From Paracoccaceae bacterium (GTDB lineage: Bacteria; Pseudomonadota; Alphaproteobacteria; Rhodobacterales; Rhodobacteraceae), in the NCBI GenBank assembly GCA_033723355.1, contig JAWVXG010000003.1, positions 64,747-128,746 on the forward strand: a stretch of 64,000 nt of DNA, in the 5' to 3' direction. A model generated the notes under the pieces. The model was not told the DNA's origin. It did not search any database and worked only from the letters and a program-made list of their open reading frames with translations. Positions 55,460 through 64,000 of this stretch are shown piece after piece. How positions within the stretch are numbered: the first letter of the stretch is position 1; every line of letters begins with the position of its first letter. A program made the position numbers and the translations under genes.

Positions 55460-56272
55460 ATGATAATACAATTGGGGGTGACCTTGCGGATGGCTGGCAC
55501 ATTAATGAATGCGCTTGGTGTCAGCTTAGTCATGACTTTGTCGCTCTACCTTTGGCGCTCTTTTTATCCCGCAACTGATTTTGCTGCCTTTTTTCTTGTG
55601 CCTTTGTCAGTGTTAGTTTTCATAGGATCTCTCTGGGCTGGATCTGCAGTGCATCGGGCCAGCATGAAGGCTGCAGTGCGAGGGGACTCACCCCTTGCAT
55701 GGCTCTTAACCGGAAGGCTTCGGGCAATTTTTGGAGCATCTCTATTTATTATTGTTGCTGCGCCTCTCCTCGCGTGGCACGCAATCTCATCAACCCTTCC
55801 CGAATTTATCCTGTTTGGGTTCCTATGCTTCGTCGCATCGATGCTGTTCGCCGGCATCGAGAAAAGATTGCTCCGACACCTCACACCCGCATTCGCACGA
55901 GCGACCGCTTTGACAGCAGCAACTTTGGTCGCGTGCGCGATTTTCATTCCAGTCCTCGCGTGGGCTAATTGGAATTTCACTCTTCAGCCCGGTGCGATCA
56001 GATCTGCGAGTCTCGAGCAGGCTCTACAACTTGGGTTTGACCAGCTACCGGCACGCCGAGGTTGGGTTGCAGAGATAATGGCGCCGCTTTACGCACTCGA
56101 GTACGCAAAGCTCTGGTTCGCAGTGCAAGCAGGTTCACCCAAGTGGTTTTCTTTCTGGTACAGCATCGATGCCGCGCTGATAAGCATTATCGCTGCGCGA
56201 GTGAGCACTGTCTTGATGTCCATAGTCCATCGTACCAGAGGGAGCTTTAATGAGCCAAAGCCTCAACACTGA
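55460..56272 (+). CDS. polytopic membrane protein (moron gene 1)
   Basis: At least 5 predicted TM helices. Lower GC than the flanks and on the opposite strand to the tail operon. Confidence 0.6.
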   Translation: MIIQLGVTLRMAGTLMNALGVSLVMTLSLYLWRSFYPATDFAAFFLVPLSVLVFIGSLWAGSAVHRASMKAAVRGDSPLAWLLTGRLRAIFGASLFIIVAAPLLAWHAISSTLPEFILFGFLCFVASMLFAGIEKRLLRHLTPAFARATALTAATLVACAIFIPVLAWANWNFTLQPGAIRSASLEQALQLGFDQLPARRGWVAEIMAPLYALEYAKLWFAVQAGSPKWFSFWYSIDAALISIIAARVSTVLMSIVHRTRGSFNEPKPQH

Positions 56273-57248
56273 CAAGCAAGTGGCTGAACCCGATCACAAA
56301 CGGAATAAAAGGATTGTTTCCCTCTCCTTCTGGGCAACGGTCTTTTTTCTTGCTTTCGCAACAATTGGACTCATGCTCGCCAGTCGCCCGCACGTGGTGG
56401 GTATACCTCATCCTCAGACGGTCGAATTGCCTCGGACAACGCTCGAAAGGCTTCTCAGTGAAACTGCAGTTGCTGCGATCCAAGTGGTTGAATTGGATAT
56501 CGATTCTCTGCTGGACACCGTATACGGACCAGCTTACGCAGCCATTTCGGAGTATGCGACCTTCCATTACTCTGTTCTCGGCCAGTACGTCGAGCTAACT
56601 GCGGCAGTCCAGGGCCAGATGAGCGAAGGCATAAACGACCGTATATTTGAGGGCTTCGAGCAACGCCTGACAGACGCTGCGTCGGTACTAGATCAACGAT
56701 ATGTTGAGGCTTATAGAACCATACTGCAGGATCAGATAGCGGCTCAGCTTGCGACAGATGGCATTTCGCTCCCATTGGGTGAGATCACCGACGCCGTATT
56801 ACAGGACGCGGTTGCCAGGGCTCAGACAACTTTGCCCCTTGGCGCAGTTGCTGCGGGCATCGTTGGAAGCGGGTCACTTAGGGCAGTCTCTGCAGCCATT
56901 GCGGCAAAATTGGCGACCAAGATTACAGCCAAGCTGGCTGCCTCGGGCGTGATCAAGGGAGGCACCATCTTTGCCGGCGCGGGGGGTGGCGCGCTTTTGT
57001 GCTCATGGAGCGGCCCTGGCGCGGTTTTGTGTGGTGTCGTCGGAGGGGCCGCTGCTTGGTTGTTGACCGACGCGGTCGTGGTAAACCTCGACGAATATTT
57101 CAATAGAGAAGAGTTTGAGAGCGACCTTAGAACGTTACTGGATGAAGATCGGGCCAGAATACGCGGTATCCTTCTCGTCGCATTGGAAGACAAGGCTGCG
57201 GCGATTGACGAGCAAACGGACCAGATTTTCAGGTTGCGTGACCTCTGA
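56250..57248 (+). CDS. membrane protein with a glycine-zipper-rich hydrophobic region (moron gene 2)
   Basis: N-terminal TM IVSLSFWATVFFLAFATIGLMLA. GAVAAGIVGSGS ... FAGAGGGALLCSWSGPGAVLCGVVGGAAAWLL. Overlaps gene 1 by 23 nt. Confidence 0.6.
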   Translation: MSQSLNTDKQVAEPDHKRNKRIVSLSFWATVFFLAFATIGLMLASRPHVVGIPHPQTVELPRTTLERLLSETAVAAIQVVELDIDSLLDTVYGPAYAAISEYATFHYSVLGQYVELTAAVQGQMSEGINDRIFEGFEQRLTDAASVLDQRYVEAYRTILQDQIAAQLATDGISLPLGEITDAVLQDAVARAQTTLPLGAVAAGIVGSGSLRAVSAAIAAKLATKITAKLAASGVIKGGTIFAGAGGGALLCSWSGPGAVLCGVVGGAAAWLLTDAVVVNLDEYFNREEFESDLRTLLDEDRARIRGILLVALEDKAAAIDEQTDQIFRLRDL

Positions 57249-57317
57249 TCCCGTTACCGGAGTGTTTCAAGTTAGCTCAAATTTTCGCCGCGTCGGGATA
57301 GGCAGATTTTTCTCCTG

Positions 57318-58184
57318 TCATACGATGCTCCCTCCGTCAAAGGGGTTGCGGCCGGGGATCTCGGGGAAGCCCCCAAAGTTGGCGAGGTTGCCGAACTTCG
57401 CGGCGCAAGTGGCGGCGCGCAGATCGCAGCCCGGGGCGATGTCGGCGAGAACCGGGAGCGGTGTGCCGGTTTCCGGGTCGATCTCCGGCGCAGCGAGCGC
57501 CGCCGCCAGTTCCGGCATCGGGCGCGACAGCGAGAGGATGGCCCCGGCATGGCCGGTGATGAACCCGAGTTGCGCCCCAAACCTGAGCACACCGCCCCGG
57601 TACCAGCCGGTTGGCTCGGCTGCCGATTCGGGGATCGTCAGGCTTGAGGCGTTGCCGGATACGGCCGTCACCGTGCCGGTCAGCCAGTAGAGCGCGATGT
57701 CGAGTCCGCAGCCCCGACCATAGAGCGCATGGCGGCAAAGCCGCTGGTACTTCGCCCGCACGCCCGCGCGACGCAGCGTGCTGAAGATCGACTCCGCCTG
57801 CAGGAGGATGCGCTGCCCCTCGACCTCTGCGCCCACCACGCGGCCCTTCCAATGCGCGACCGTCTCGCCCAGCACCTGCTCGTGCCCGCGGAAGATCGTC
57901 AGCGTCACGGGTGTGGTGCCCAAGGGGGCGAGGAAGCGCCGCGCGAAAGGATGCGAGAGCGGCCAGGTCAGTTCCAGCCGCCCGCGCTCGATCTCGCTCG
58001 TCTGCACCACATCCCCATGGGCGACGGCGGCAGGCTCCCAGGTGATCTCGGTCCCGCCGCTCCCCGCGCTGGTCCAAGCCGTGGCGCGGCTGGTGAAACG
58101 CCAGACCTGATCGCCTTCCACGAACTGGTAGAGGAAATAGGGGCGGCCCTCTGCGACCGAGGCTTCGATGCTTGCATAGGTCAT
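57318..58184 (-). CDS. minor tail protein, lambda gpL-like (DUF2163 plus BR0599-type C-terminus)
   Basis: Four-Cys pattern CRHALYGRGC ... GCDLRAATC and terminal FGGFPEIPGRNPF, as in BR0599/gpL-type proteins. Confidence 0.7.
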   Translation of the reverse strand: MTYASIEASVAEGRPYFLYQFVEGDQVWRFTSRATAWTSAGSGGTEITWEPAAVAHGDVVQTSEIERGRLELTWPLSHPFARRFLAPLGTTPVTLTIFRGHEQVLGETVAHWKGRVVGAEVEGQRILLQAESIFSTLRRAGVRAKYQRLCRHALYGRGCGLDIALYWLTGTVTAVSGNASSLTIPESAAEPTGWYRGGVLRFGAQLGFITGHAGAILSLSRPMPELAAALAAPEIDPETGTPLPVLADIAPGCDLRAATCAAKFGNLANFGGFPEIPGRNPFDGGSIV

Positions 58185-59353
58185 GTGGGCACCTCGATGA
58201 CAGGCAGCGTGACCTCGCTCGCCACAGCGCCATGCTGGATCTCGACGCGGTCGGCATCCGCGCGCATCGCGGTCAGAACATGCACCTTCGTCGTGAGCGA
58301 AACCGGCTCGCCCAAGTTCGAGGACAGCGTGAGCCGGTGATCCGCGCCCTCGGCGATGGCGGCGGTGATCGTCCGGAAGCGCAGTGCGGTCGGCATTTCC
58401 AGCAGGATCGCGCGGCCGACATAGGCCGGGAGCGACGCGACCGGCGCCACGCGCATCAGCGTGGAACCAGAGGTCATGGCTGCGCGCAGCTGCAGCTCGC
58501 GCCCCCAGGTCGGCAGCCAGAAGCTGGCCTGGCGCCCGCGAAGCGACCAGAGCCAGCGGCGCAGGCCGTGGCGTGCGGCCGGGCCTTGCGCCTTCAACGT
58601 GATCGTCTCGCCCCGCTCGAAGACGTCACGCAGCGGCTCAACCACAACCGGGCCGAAGCCATTGTCGACGTATTCGACCGCGCGGCGCAGGCTGGCGCTG
58701 AGCGGGCGGCGCACAAGACTCGGGTCGGTCTGGACCGGGCGGCCGAGATAGGTCGGCAGCACCGGTGCGGTGATGTCCGGCGCATCGCGCAGCAGGAAGC
58801 TGGTCGTGACCGTGCCATCTCCCTGCCTGCGGCGCGCAACCTCGATGGCCGAGGTCAGCACGCCTGCGCGGATCGGCGCGACCGTGATGCGCGGGGCAGC
58901 AACCATCGGACTGGGCAGTTGCAGCACCAGAGGCTCCGCCAGGATCAGCCGGTCGGCCAGAACGCTGGCGATGGACACGGCCGCCGCCTCACGGCCATCG
59001 ACCGTGATCGCTGCCAGTTCCCCGCTGCGAAAATCCGAGAGCCCCGTGTCAAGCAGGATCTCGGTCGCGCCTTGCACCAGGTCCGCCACTGGCAGCAGCG
59101 CCATGTGCCAGAGCGGCACATGCCAGTCGCCCGCGAACCCGGCGCGGGCGAGTTCCGCGGCGCGCGCCATCCCCAGCGCGTCGAGCCTGTGCCGGAACGT
59201 CACTATCTCCCGCGGGTGGGGCCGGAGCGCGATGCGCTGTTCGCCCGCGCGCGATGTCAGCACATCGGTGCGCCATTCCAGCACTTCGGTGATCTCCTGC
59301 GCTGCCGGGAAGGGCCAGAACAGCAGCGGCAGTGGGCCTCCAACCTCAGGCAT
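58181..59353 (-). CDS. distal tail protein (position of lambda gpM / GTA g12)
   Basis: Lies between the tape measure and the gpL-like gene, with 4-nt and 8-nt overlaps. The call is positional only. Confidence 0.5.
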   Translation of the reverse strand: MPEVGGPLPLLFWPFPAAQEITEVLEWRTDVLTSRAGEQRIALRPHPREIVTFRHRLDALGMARAAELARAGFAGDWHVPLWHMALLPVADLVQGATEILLDTGLSDFRSGELAAITVDGREAAAVSIASVLADRLILAEPLVLQLPSPMVAAPRITVAPIRAGVLTSAIEVARRRQGDGTVTTSFLLRDAPDITAPVLPTYLGRPVQTDPSLVRRPLSASLRRAVEYVDNGFGPVVVEPLRDVFERGETITLKAQGPAARHGLRRWLWSLRGRQASFWLPTWGRELQLRAAMTSGSTLMRVAPVASLPAYVGRAILLEMPTALRFRTITAAIAEGADHRLTLSSNLGEPVSLTTKVHVLTAMRADADRVEIQHGAVASEVTLPVIEVPT

Positions 59354-61778
59354 TCAGCGCACTCCGGTTCCGGCGGATGACGTTCAGGATGGCCCGCTCT
59401 CCCGAGGGTGTGGCGAGATAGTCGCCGACCACGGACGGGTCGAGCACGTTGATGATGCGCGTCGACATGTCCTGCGCCGGTTGGGCGGGTGCGCTGTTCA
59501 TCTCGACCCCGAGCCGCCCGTCGCGCCCACGCCGCAGCGGCAGGATCGCCTCGGGCCCTGCTTCGCCCATCAGTCCGATCCCGCGGGAGAACGGGAACAC
59601 TGTGGGCCGGTTCACTACGCCGCCGCGCGCGAAAGCCGTCAGTTCGTGGCCACCTGCAAATGCGCCGCCCCTGGCGAAGCCGAACAGGCTCGCGAAGAAC
59701 CCGCCACCGCCGCCCATGCCCGAGAAGGCCCGCATCAGCGCGTTCTCGATCGGCTTGAAGGCCAGCTCGATCAGCCGGTTCGCGAGGTTCTGCGCGATGC
59801 GCGAGATGGCGCTGGCAAAGGTCTCCCAGGTGAACTCGCCGGACTGCAGCGCCTCCTTGATCGGGCCGACAATGTCCTGCGCGAGGCCTTGGGCGATCTC
59901 GCGCGAGCGTTCCTGTGCCGCACGGACCGCCTCGGCGGTGGCCTCCCAGGCGCCACGTGCCGTATCGGCCGCCTCACGCAGAGCCTGACCAGCGCCGCGA
60001 CCAGCACCACCTGCGCGACCCGCAGCCCCACCGGTGGCATCAAGCGACTCTCCCAGCCCGTCGGCGGCCGTGCGCGCGCCGTTAAGCGCCGCTTCCGCGT
60101 CGAGACCGCTACCCGTCACCGCCTCGCGCAGGGCGGCAATGGACTCGAGCGGTGCTGTCGCCGCTTCCGCCACACCGGTCATCGTCGCGCGCAGGGCCTC
60201 GGCCTGGCCGCGCGCTTCCTCTGCGTAAGCATTCAGCCCGAGGTCCGGCATCCTGATCGGCTCGGCAGTGAACGCCGCCTGGAACGCTGCCCTTGCCTCG
60301 GCCCCGGCCTCAGCCGCCGACCCCGCGAACGGGTTCTCGATCCGCCCCAGTTCCAGATTGCCGATCAGCGAAATCCGCCGCTCGATCCCCAGCGCCTCGA
60401 GCCCGCCATTGATCCCCTCGAGGAAACCGTTGATCCGCTGCCCGACGCCATTGAGCATGGCTTCGACGCCCGCGATCAGCGCATTCGCCGCCTGAAACGC
60501 GAAATCCCCGATCGCCGCGGGCAGTGCGCCCCAGAGCACCTTGATCGCGTCGAGCGCCCCCTGGAAGGTGTTCAGCGCCCCGTTCCCGAAACCGACCACG
60601 GCTTGCAGCGAGGTCTGCAGCGCCTCGGCGATGGCGGCCTTGATATCGGCCCAACTCGCCATGATCGCGAGACCCATGGCGACAGCGCCGAGCTTCATGC
60701 GCTCCCAGACCTCGCGGGCAAGATCGCCCAGAAGGGAGAGCGCGTTGCCGAAGCCGCCCGCACCGCGCACCAACTGACCGAACCAATAGATCAGCTCGCC
60801 CGCGCCCACGATGAGCGCACCGATCCCGGTGCGGATGATCGCCCCGCGCAGGAGCGTCAGCGCGCCCGCGAGGCTGATGGTGGCGACCTGCGCTGCAATG
60901 AACCCCGCAACCCAGCGCGCAGCCATGAAGCCCGCGAAGGCAATGCCGATGGCTGCCAGCCGCTCCATGTTGTCGGCGAGCCCGATCAGTGCTGCGGCCA
61001 CCGTCGATGTGGCACCGACCATCTGGTCCCAGGTGCCGATCAGCTGCAGCGCGGCATTGCCGATCAGCGTGAAGGCATCGCCGATGGTCGCCGGCATGCT
61101 GTCGGCTTCCTCGCGCAGCAGCTCGAGATTGCCGATCAGCGCCGTACGGATCACCTCGCCGGTGATCCCGCCCTCCTGGCCCAGCCTGCGCAAGCCCGAG
61201 ACGGTGGTGCCAAGCTCTTCCGCCAGCAGTTCGGCCAGCCGCCCACCATTCTGGATCACCGTGTTGAGGTTGTCCCCGCTGAGAGTACCAAGCGCCATGG
61301 CGCGCGACAGCGCGGTCTGGACCGAGGCCGCGCGTTCGGCACGCGCGCCGGACACCACCATCGCATTGTTCAGCGCCTCGGTGAAATCCAGCGACTCCGC
61401 TGTCGTCAGCCCCAGCTCACGCAGCGCCGTGGCATTGGCCAGCCAGGACTCCGTGGTCTGGCCGAGGCTCGAATAGGTCCGCCGCGCCATGGCGGCGAGC
61501 CGTTCCATGACAGCAGCGCCGGCCTCCTGCGAACCCGTCGCCAGATCGACGCGCGAGCGCAGATCGGTCCACTGGTCGGCATAAGCCACGAGCTGGCGCG
61601 TGCTGATCGCAGCCCCGAGGATGCCCATGACCCGGCGCACCACGGCGCCGGTGATGTCGGCCTGCCGCTCGATCCGCTTGAAATTGCGCTCGCCTGCATC
61701 GCCGATCCCCTGGAATTCGGCCTTCACCTGCCTGCCGCCCTCGGCAACGAGGCGGACGGAAACGCGCTTCTGGGCCAT
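59346..61778 (-). CDS. tail tape measure protein
   Basis: 810 aa, Ala/Gly-rich helical repeats with hydrophobic segments. Lies directly downstream of the G/GT chaperone pair. Confidence 0.85.
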   Translation of the reverse strand: MAQKRVSVRLVAEGGRQVKAEFQGIGDAGERNFKRIERQADITGAVVRRVMGILGAAISTRQLVAYADQWTDLRSRVDLATGSQEAGAAVMERLAAMARRTYSSLGQTTESWLANATALRELGLTTAESLDFTEALNNAMVVSGARAERAASVQTALSRAMALGTLSGDNLNTVIQNGGRLAELLAEELGTTVSGLRRLGQEGGITGEVIRTALIGNLELLREEADSMPATIGDAFTLIGNAALQLIGTWDQMVGATSTVAAALIGLADNMERLAAIGIAFAGFMAARWVAGFIAAQVATISLAGALTLLRGAIIRTGIGALIVGAGELIYWFGQLVRGAGGFGNALSLLGDLAREVWERMKLGAVAMGLAIMASWADIKAAIAEALQTSLQAVVGFGNGALNTFQGALDAIKVLWGALPAAIGDFAFQAANALIAGVEAMLNGVGQRINGFLEGINGGLEALGIERRISLIGNLELGRIENPFAGSAAEAGAEARAAFQAAFTAEPIRMPDLGLNAYAEEARGQAEALRATMTGVAEAATAPLESIAALREAVTGSGLDAEAALNGARTAADGLGESLDATGGAAGRAGGAGRGAGQALREAADTARGAWEATAEAVRAAQERSREIAQGLAQDIVGPIKEALQSGEFTWETFASAISRIAQNLANRLIELAFKPIENALMRAFSGMGGGGGFFASLFGFARGGAFAGGHELTAFARGGVVNRPTVFPFSRGIGLMGEAGPEAILPLRRGRDGRLGVEMNSAPAQPAQDMSTRIINVLDPSVVGDYLATPSGERAILNVIRRNRSALNA

Positions 61779-61825
61779 GGATCAGGGTTCCTGACGAGCG
61801 GGACGTGGAATGCGGGGCGGGTTCA

Positions 61826-62538
61826 TCAGCCGCGGGACAGAGACGCCCGGTCATCAGCCGTGCTCTGCTCGTTGAACTTGCGGACCATCACGGCCTCGAT
61901 CACGGGCAGGCATTCGGCCGCGATCAGCGGGTCGACCCCGAGCGCCCGCGCCATTGCCAGCGCCGCGGTCATGTCCCAGCCCAGAACCACAGTCCCGTCG
62001 GCGCTGGATGCGACGCGCAGTTGCCCCATCAGACGCTGCGCGAGATCCCAGGCCTGCCAGCCTTCGACGGTTTCCGGCTGGTTCAGCCGCGCCGGGCAGT
62101 CCGGGCACGGGCCCCCGGTGCTTTCGCAGGGCGTGCAGGCTGAACAGTAGCGATCGCCCCCGCCGAGCCACCATTCGGCAAGGGCGCAGAGACGTTTTTT
62201 TCCTGCTCGAGGAGCAGCCATTTCGCGACATAGGCGGACTGGAAGGCGTCGAAGGCCGGCCAGATGTCGAGGAGTGCGTCGATCCCCTCAGGCGTCACCG
62301 GAACCGGGTTGCCGTCAGCGTCACCGACGCCCTCCCAATCCAGCACCGCGCGCCGCGCGACCGCCTTGGCCATGATCATCGCCAGTTCCTCGGGCCCGGC
62401 CTCGGGCGGCAGCGCCTGGATCGCGGCATCGCTGCGCGCCGAAACCATCAGCGCGGTGGTCAGCGGCCGCAGCTGCAGTCGCACGCCCGGCAACAGGTCG
62501 AGCCAGCGCGGCGCGTTCGTCAGATCGAGTGTCAGCAT
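61826..62538 (-). CDS. tail assembly chaperone fusion (gpGT-like) made by -1 programmed frameshift
   Basis: The -1 frame ORF 61826..62221 is open across the slip site and ends 47 nt before the tape measure gene. Confidence 0.65.
62083..62538 (-). CDS. tail assembly chaperone (gpG-like, zero-frame product)
   Basis: The ATG at 62538 overlaps the major tail stop (ATGA). Contains a slippery heptamer about 110 codons in. Confidence 0.75.
   Translation of the reverse strand: MLTLDLTNAPRWLDLLPGVRLQLRPLTTALMVSARSDAAIQALPPEAGPEELAMIMAKAVARRAVLDWEGVGDADGNPVPVTPEGIDALLDIWPAFDAFQSAYVAKWLLLEQEKNVSAPLPNGGSAGAIATVQPARPAKAPGARARTARRG
62194..62200 (-). promoter_or_regulatory. -1 ribosomal frameshift slippery heptamer A_AAA_AAC
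   Basis: The minus strand reads cag gaA AAA AAC gtc in the zero frame (plus strand gttttttt at 62194-62201). Confidence 0.7.
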
Positions 62539-63479
62539 CAGTAGGTCTCCCGTTCGTTCACCAGCGTGACAGTGCACATGCGCCCCGCTACAGGATCCTT
62601 CGCCGCCTGCCAGTCGAAGCTGGCCTGCACGCCCTGCGGGCCGGAAATCTCGATGCGCGGGCGCGGCAGGTAGACGGCATGCGCCACCATCGTCAGGCTT
62701 TCGCCCGAGGGCAGCGTGTAGGCGAAGGTCATCTCGCAGGGCTCGCCGTTGATCGCCTGGTTGACCAAGAGCTGATCGGCGAAGCGCACCTCGATCCGAC
62801 CGGTAAGCGCGGTCATGCAGGGGTCGGCGCCGTCGATGCGTCCGTCCGAGCGGATCGTCTCGATCCGGTCGAGCGTGTTGGAATAGGTGATCTCGGCCGA
62901 GACGATGTTGCCGAGCGGCTGGCCGTTGCGCGTGATCGCCGCGTTGAAATGCCCGAAGCGCTGCAGCTCGATCTCGGCCAGCGTGCCGGCAGCGGAGGTC
63001 GTGGCGATGGCCTCGCCCTGCGCGACCAGGCTTGCCGTCGCGGTCAGCAGGCCCGAGCGCTGTATCTGCCAGGACAGCGTATCGAGCACGCATCCCGAAT
63101 ACATCGCAAAGCGCGGCACCTCCGGCATGCCGGTCTCGATAGACATCGAGGGTAGCACCCAGCTGCCCGAGCGGAACTCGTGGCTGTAGGGCGCAGCGGT
63201 GCCAGTGGTGATCGGCTGTCCGAAGGCGGCCTTCAGCCAGAACCCGAACGCCTCCGCGTCGATCGGTACGACGACATTGCCATCGGCCGTCAGCGCGTCC
63301 TTGATCGGCGCCAACGGATCGCGGCCGTAGCCGAGGAGCTCGCTGTTCAGGAGCGGCTGCTCCGCCCCCAGCGTCGCGCTGGCGAATGGCATTCGTGTGA
63401 AGCCGCCGACAGGCGGCGTGCCATAGGTCGTCTCGAACGCAAGCGCCATCTGCGCCCGCGCCCCCTGGGCTCGTGCCAT
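62538..63479 (-). CDS. major tail protein
   Basis: 313 aa, immediately upstream of the chaperone pair and downstream of the terminator-like gene. The call is positional. Confidence 0.7.
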   Translation of the reverse strand: MARAQGARAQMALAFETTYGTPPVGGFTRMPFASATLGAEQPLLNSELLGYGRDPLAPIKDALTADGNVVVPIDAEAFGFWLKAAFGQPITTGTAAPYSHEFRSGSWVLPSMSIETGMPEVPRFAMYSGCVLDTLSWQIQRSGLLTATASLVAQGEAIATTSAAGTLAEIELQRFGHFNAAITRNGQPLGNIVSAEITYSNTLDRIETIRSDGRIDGADPCMTALTGRIEVRFADQLLVNQAINGEPCEMTFAYTLPSGESLTMVAHAVYLPRPRIEISGPQGVQASFDWQAAKDPVAGRMCTVTLVNERETY

Positions 63480-63503
63480 GGTGTTCTCCTCGGATTTTCA
63501 GGA

Positions 63504-63923
63504 TCAGCCGAGCGGATCGGCTGTGGTGTAGTGCAGGACGACCGGGATCACGGCGGCCTTCAGGCTGGCTGCGCCCTCGACCGGCAGATCGACGGGGCGC
63601 GGCGCTTCCGCCTCGATCCAGTCGCAGAGGCCGCCCAGCGTGCGGTCGGCGGCGAGCGCCGCGCCCACACTGGCGCAGATCGTGTCGAAGGCGGCGTCAC
63701 GGTCGGCGCCCTGCACGACGGCCTCGATCTCGGCACGATGCTGGTAATGGTAGCGCAAAGGCGACAGCGTCACCTCCGGCTCTCCCGGCTCGCCGTCGCG
63801 CAGGATCAGAAGGCCGGTAGCCGGCACGCGCTCGGGCAAGACCTCACCGCGCAGGGTGGTGGCGGGGAGCGCCGAGAGCCGCGCGTGCAGCGCGGCGAGG
63901 ATGGTTTCGCGAGGGGTTGGCAA
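63504..63923 (-). CDS. tail terminator / tail completion protein-like
   Basis: 139 aa upstream of the major tail gene. TTG start directly after a TAA stop of a partial upstream ORF. Confidence 0.5.
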   Translation of the reverse strand: MPTPRETILAALHARLSALPATTLRGEVLPERVPATGLLILRDGEPGEPEVTLSPLRYHYQHRAEIEAVVQGADRDAAFDTICASVGAALAADRTLGGLCDWIEAEAPRPVDLPVEGAASLKAAVIPVVLHYTTADPLG

Positions 63924-64000
63924 TTAGTTCAGCCTTTTGCTATCCGAGCGAGGACTGGTAAGAAGCTGACCAATTGCACTCGAACTTCTTACTGCGCGGC

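Larger units (their letters stand above)
47651..64000 (-). mobile_element. prophage late region (lysis and siphovirus-type tail morphogenesis), continuing beyond the window
   Basis: A run of tightly coupled minus-strand genes: tail terminator, major tail, G/GT, tape measure, M/L/I/J-like, endolysin, spanins. Confidence 0.85.

Noticed and set aside
58770-62150. 1126-aa plus-strand ORF antisense to the tape measure and distal tail genes
   Set aside because: It is a low-complexity Arg/Ala/Pro-rich product. The minus strand carries a coherent, translationally coupled phage tail operon.
47651-64000. Interpretation as a gene transfer agent (RcGTA-like) cluster
   Set aside because: The tape measure is long (810 aa). 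The tail tip is laid out as separate I-like and J-like genes, plus fibre genes and a lysis cassette. This fits a prophage better. GTA-like relatedness of individual genes (L-like, J-like) is still likely.
1-64000. CRISPR arrays, rRNA genes, retron or CBASS-type modules
   Set aside because: No regularly spaced repeats were seen. No reverse transcriptase, cyclase or Cas-like ORFs appear in the translations.

Overview
High-GC alphaproteobacterial (Rhodobacteraceae-like) DNA, judged from codon style and gene content. All family names come from motifs read in the ORF translations; no database search was run. The window has three parts. (1) 1-32.4 kb is a chromosomal transport region. It holds two siderophore-uptake loci: a FecBCDE-type importer with a TonB-dependent receptor, then an AraC regulator, a second receptor and Fhu-type importer, an exporter-fold ABC protein and a siderophore-interacting flavoprotein. 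It also holds a Dpp/Opp-type ABC importer next to a TIM-barrel isomerase and a metallophosphoesterase, a secreted pentapeptide-repeat protein, and a Ugp-like sugar or glycerophosphodiester ABC importer with a divergent GpdQ-like phosphodiesterase. (2) About 32.45-47.6 kb is a visibly lower-GC island that starts at a 5'-truncated IS5-family transposase abutting the 3' end of the phosphodiesterase gene. Its cargo is: a GHKL/MORC-like ATPase with a coupled 315-aa partner, divergent from a C5-cytosine methyltransferase; about 720 bp with no ORF; ParDE; a large serine recombinase translationally coupled to two ParB-like proteins; and a restriction-modification locus. That locus has two controller proteins (MerR-like and an XRE C-protein with textbook C-boxes), two methyltransferases, a large PD-(D/E)xK nuclease, and a coupled protein with a ferredoxin-type 2x[4Fe-4S] domain. 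I consider this last locus the best candidate for an undescribed system. (3) 47.65-64 kb is the late region of a siphovirus-like prophage on the minus strand: overlapped spanins, an M15 endolysin, a lambda J/I/L/M-like tail tip, a tape measure, G/GT chaperones with an A_AAA_AAC -1 slippery site, and the major tail protein. It is interrupted, where a gpK-like gene would be expected, by a low-GC opposite-strand cassette of two membrane proteins (a candidate prophage-encoded exclusion or abortive-infection module). No rRNA, tRNA or CRISPR array was recognised.
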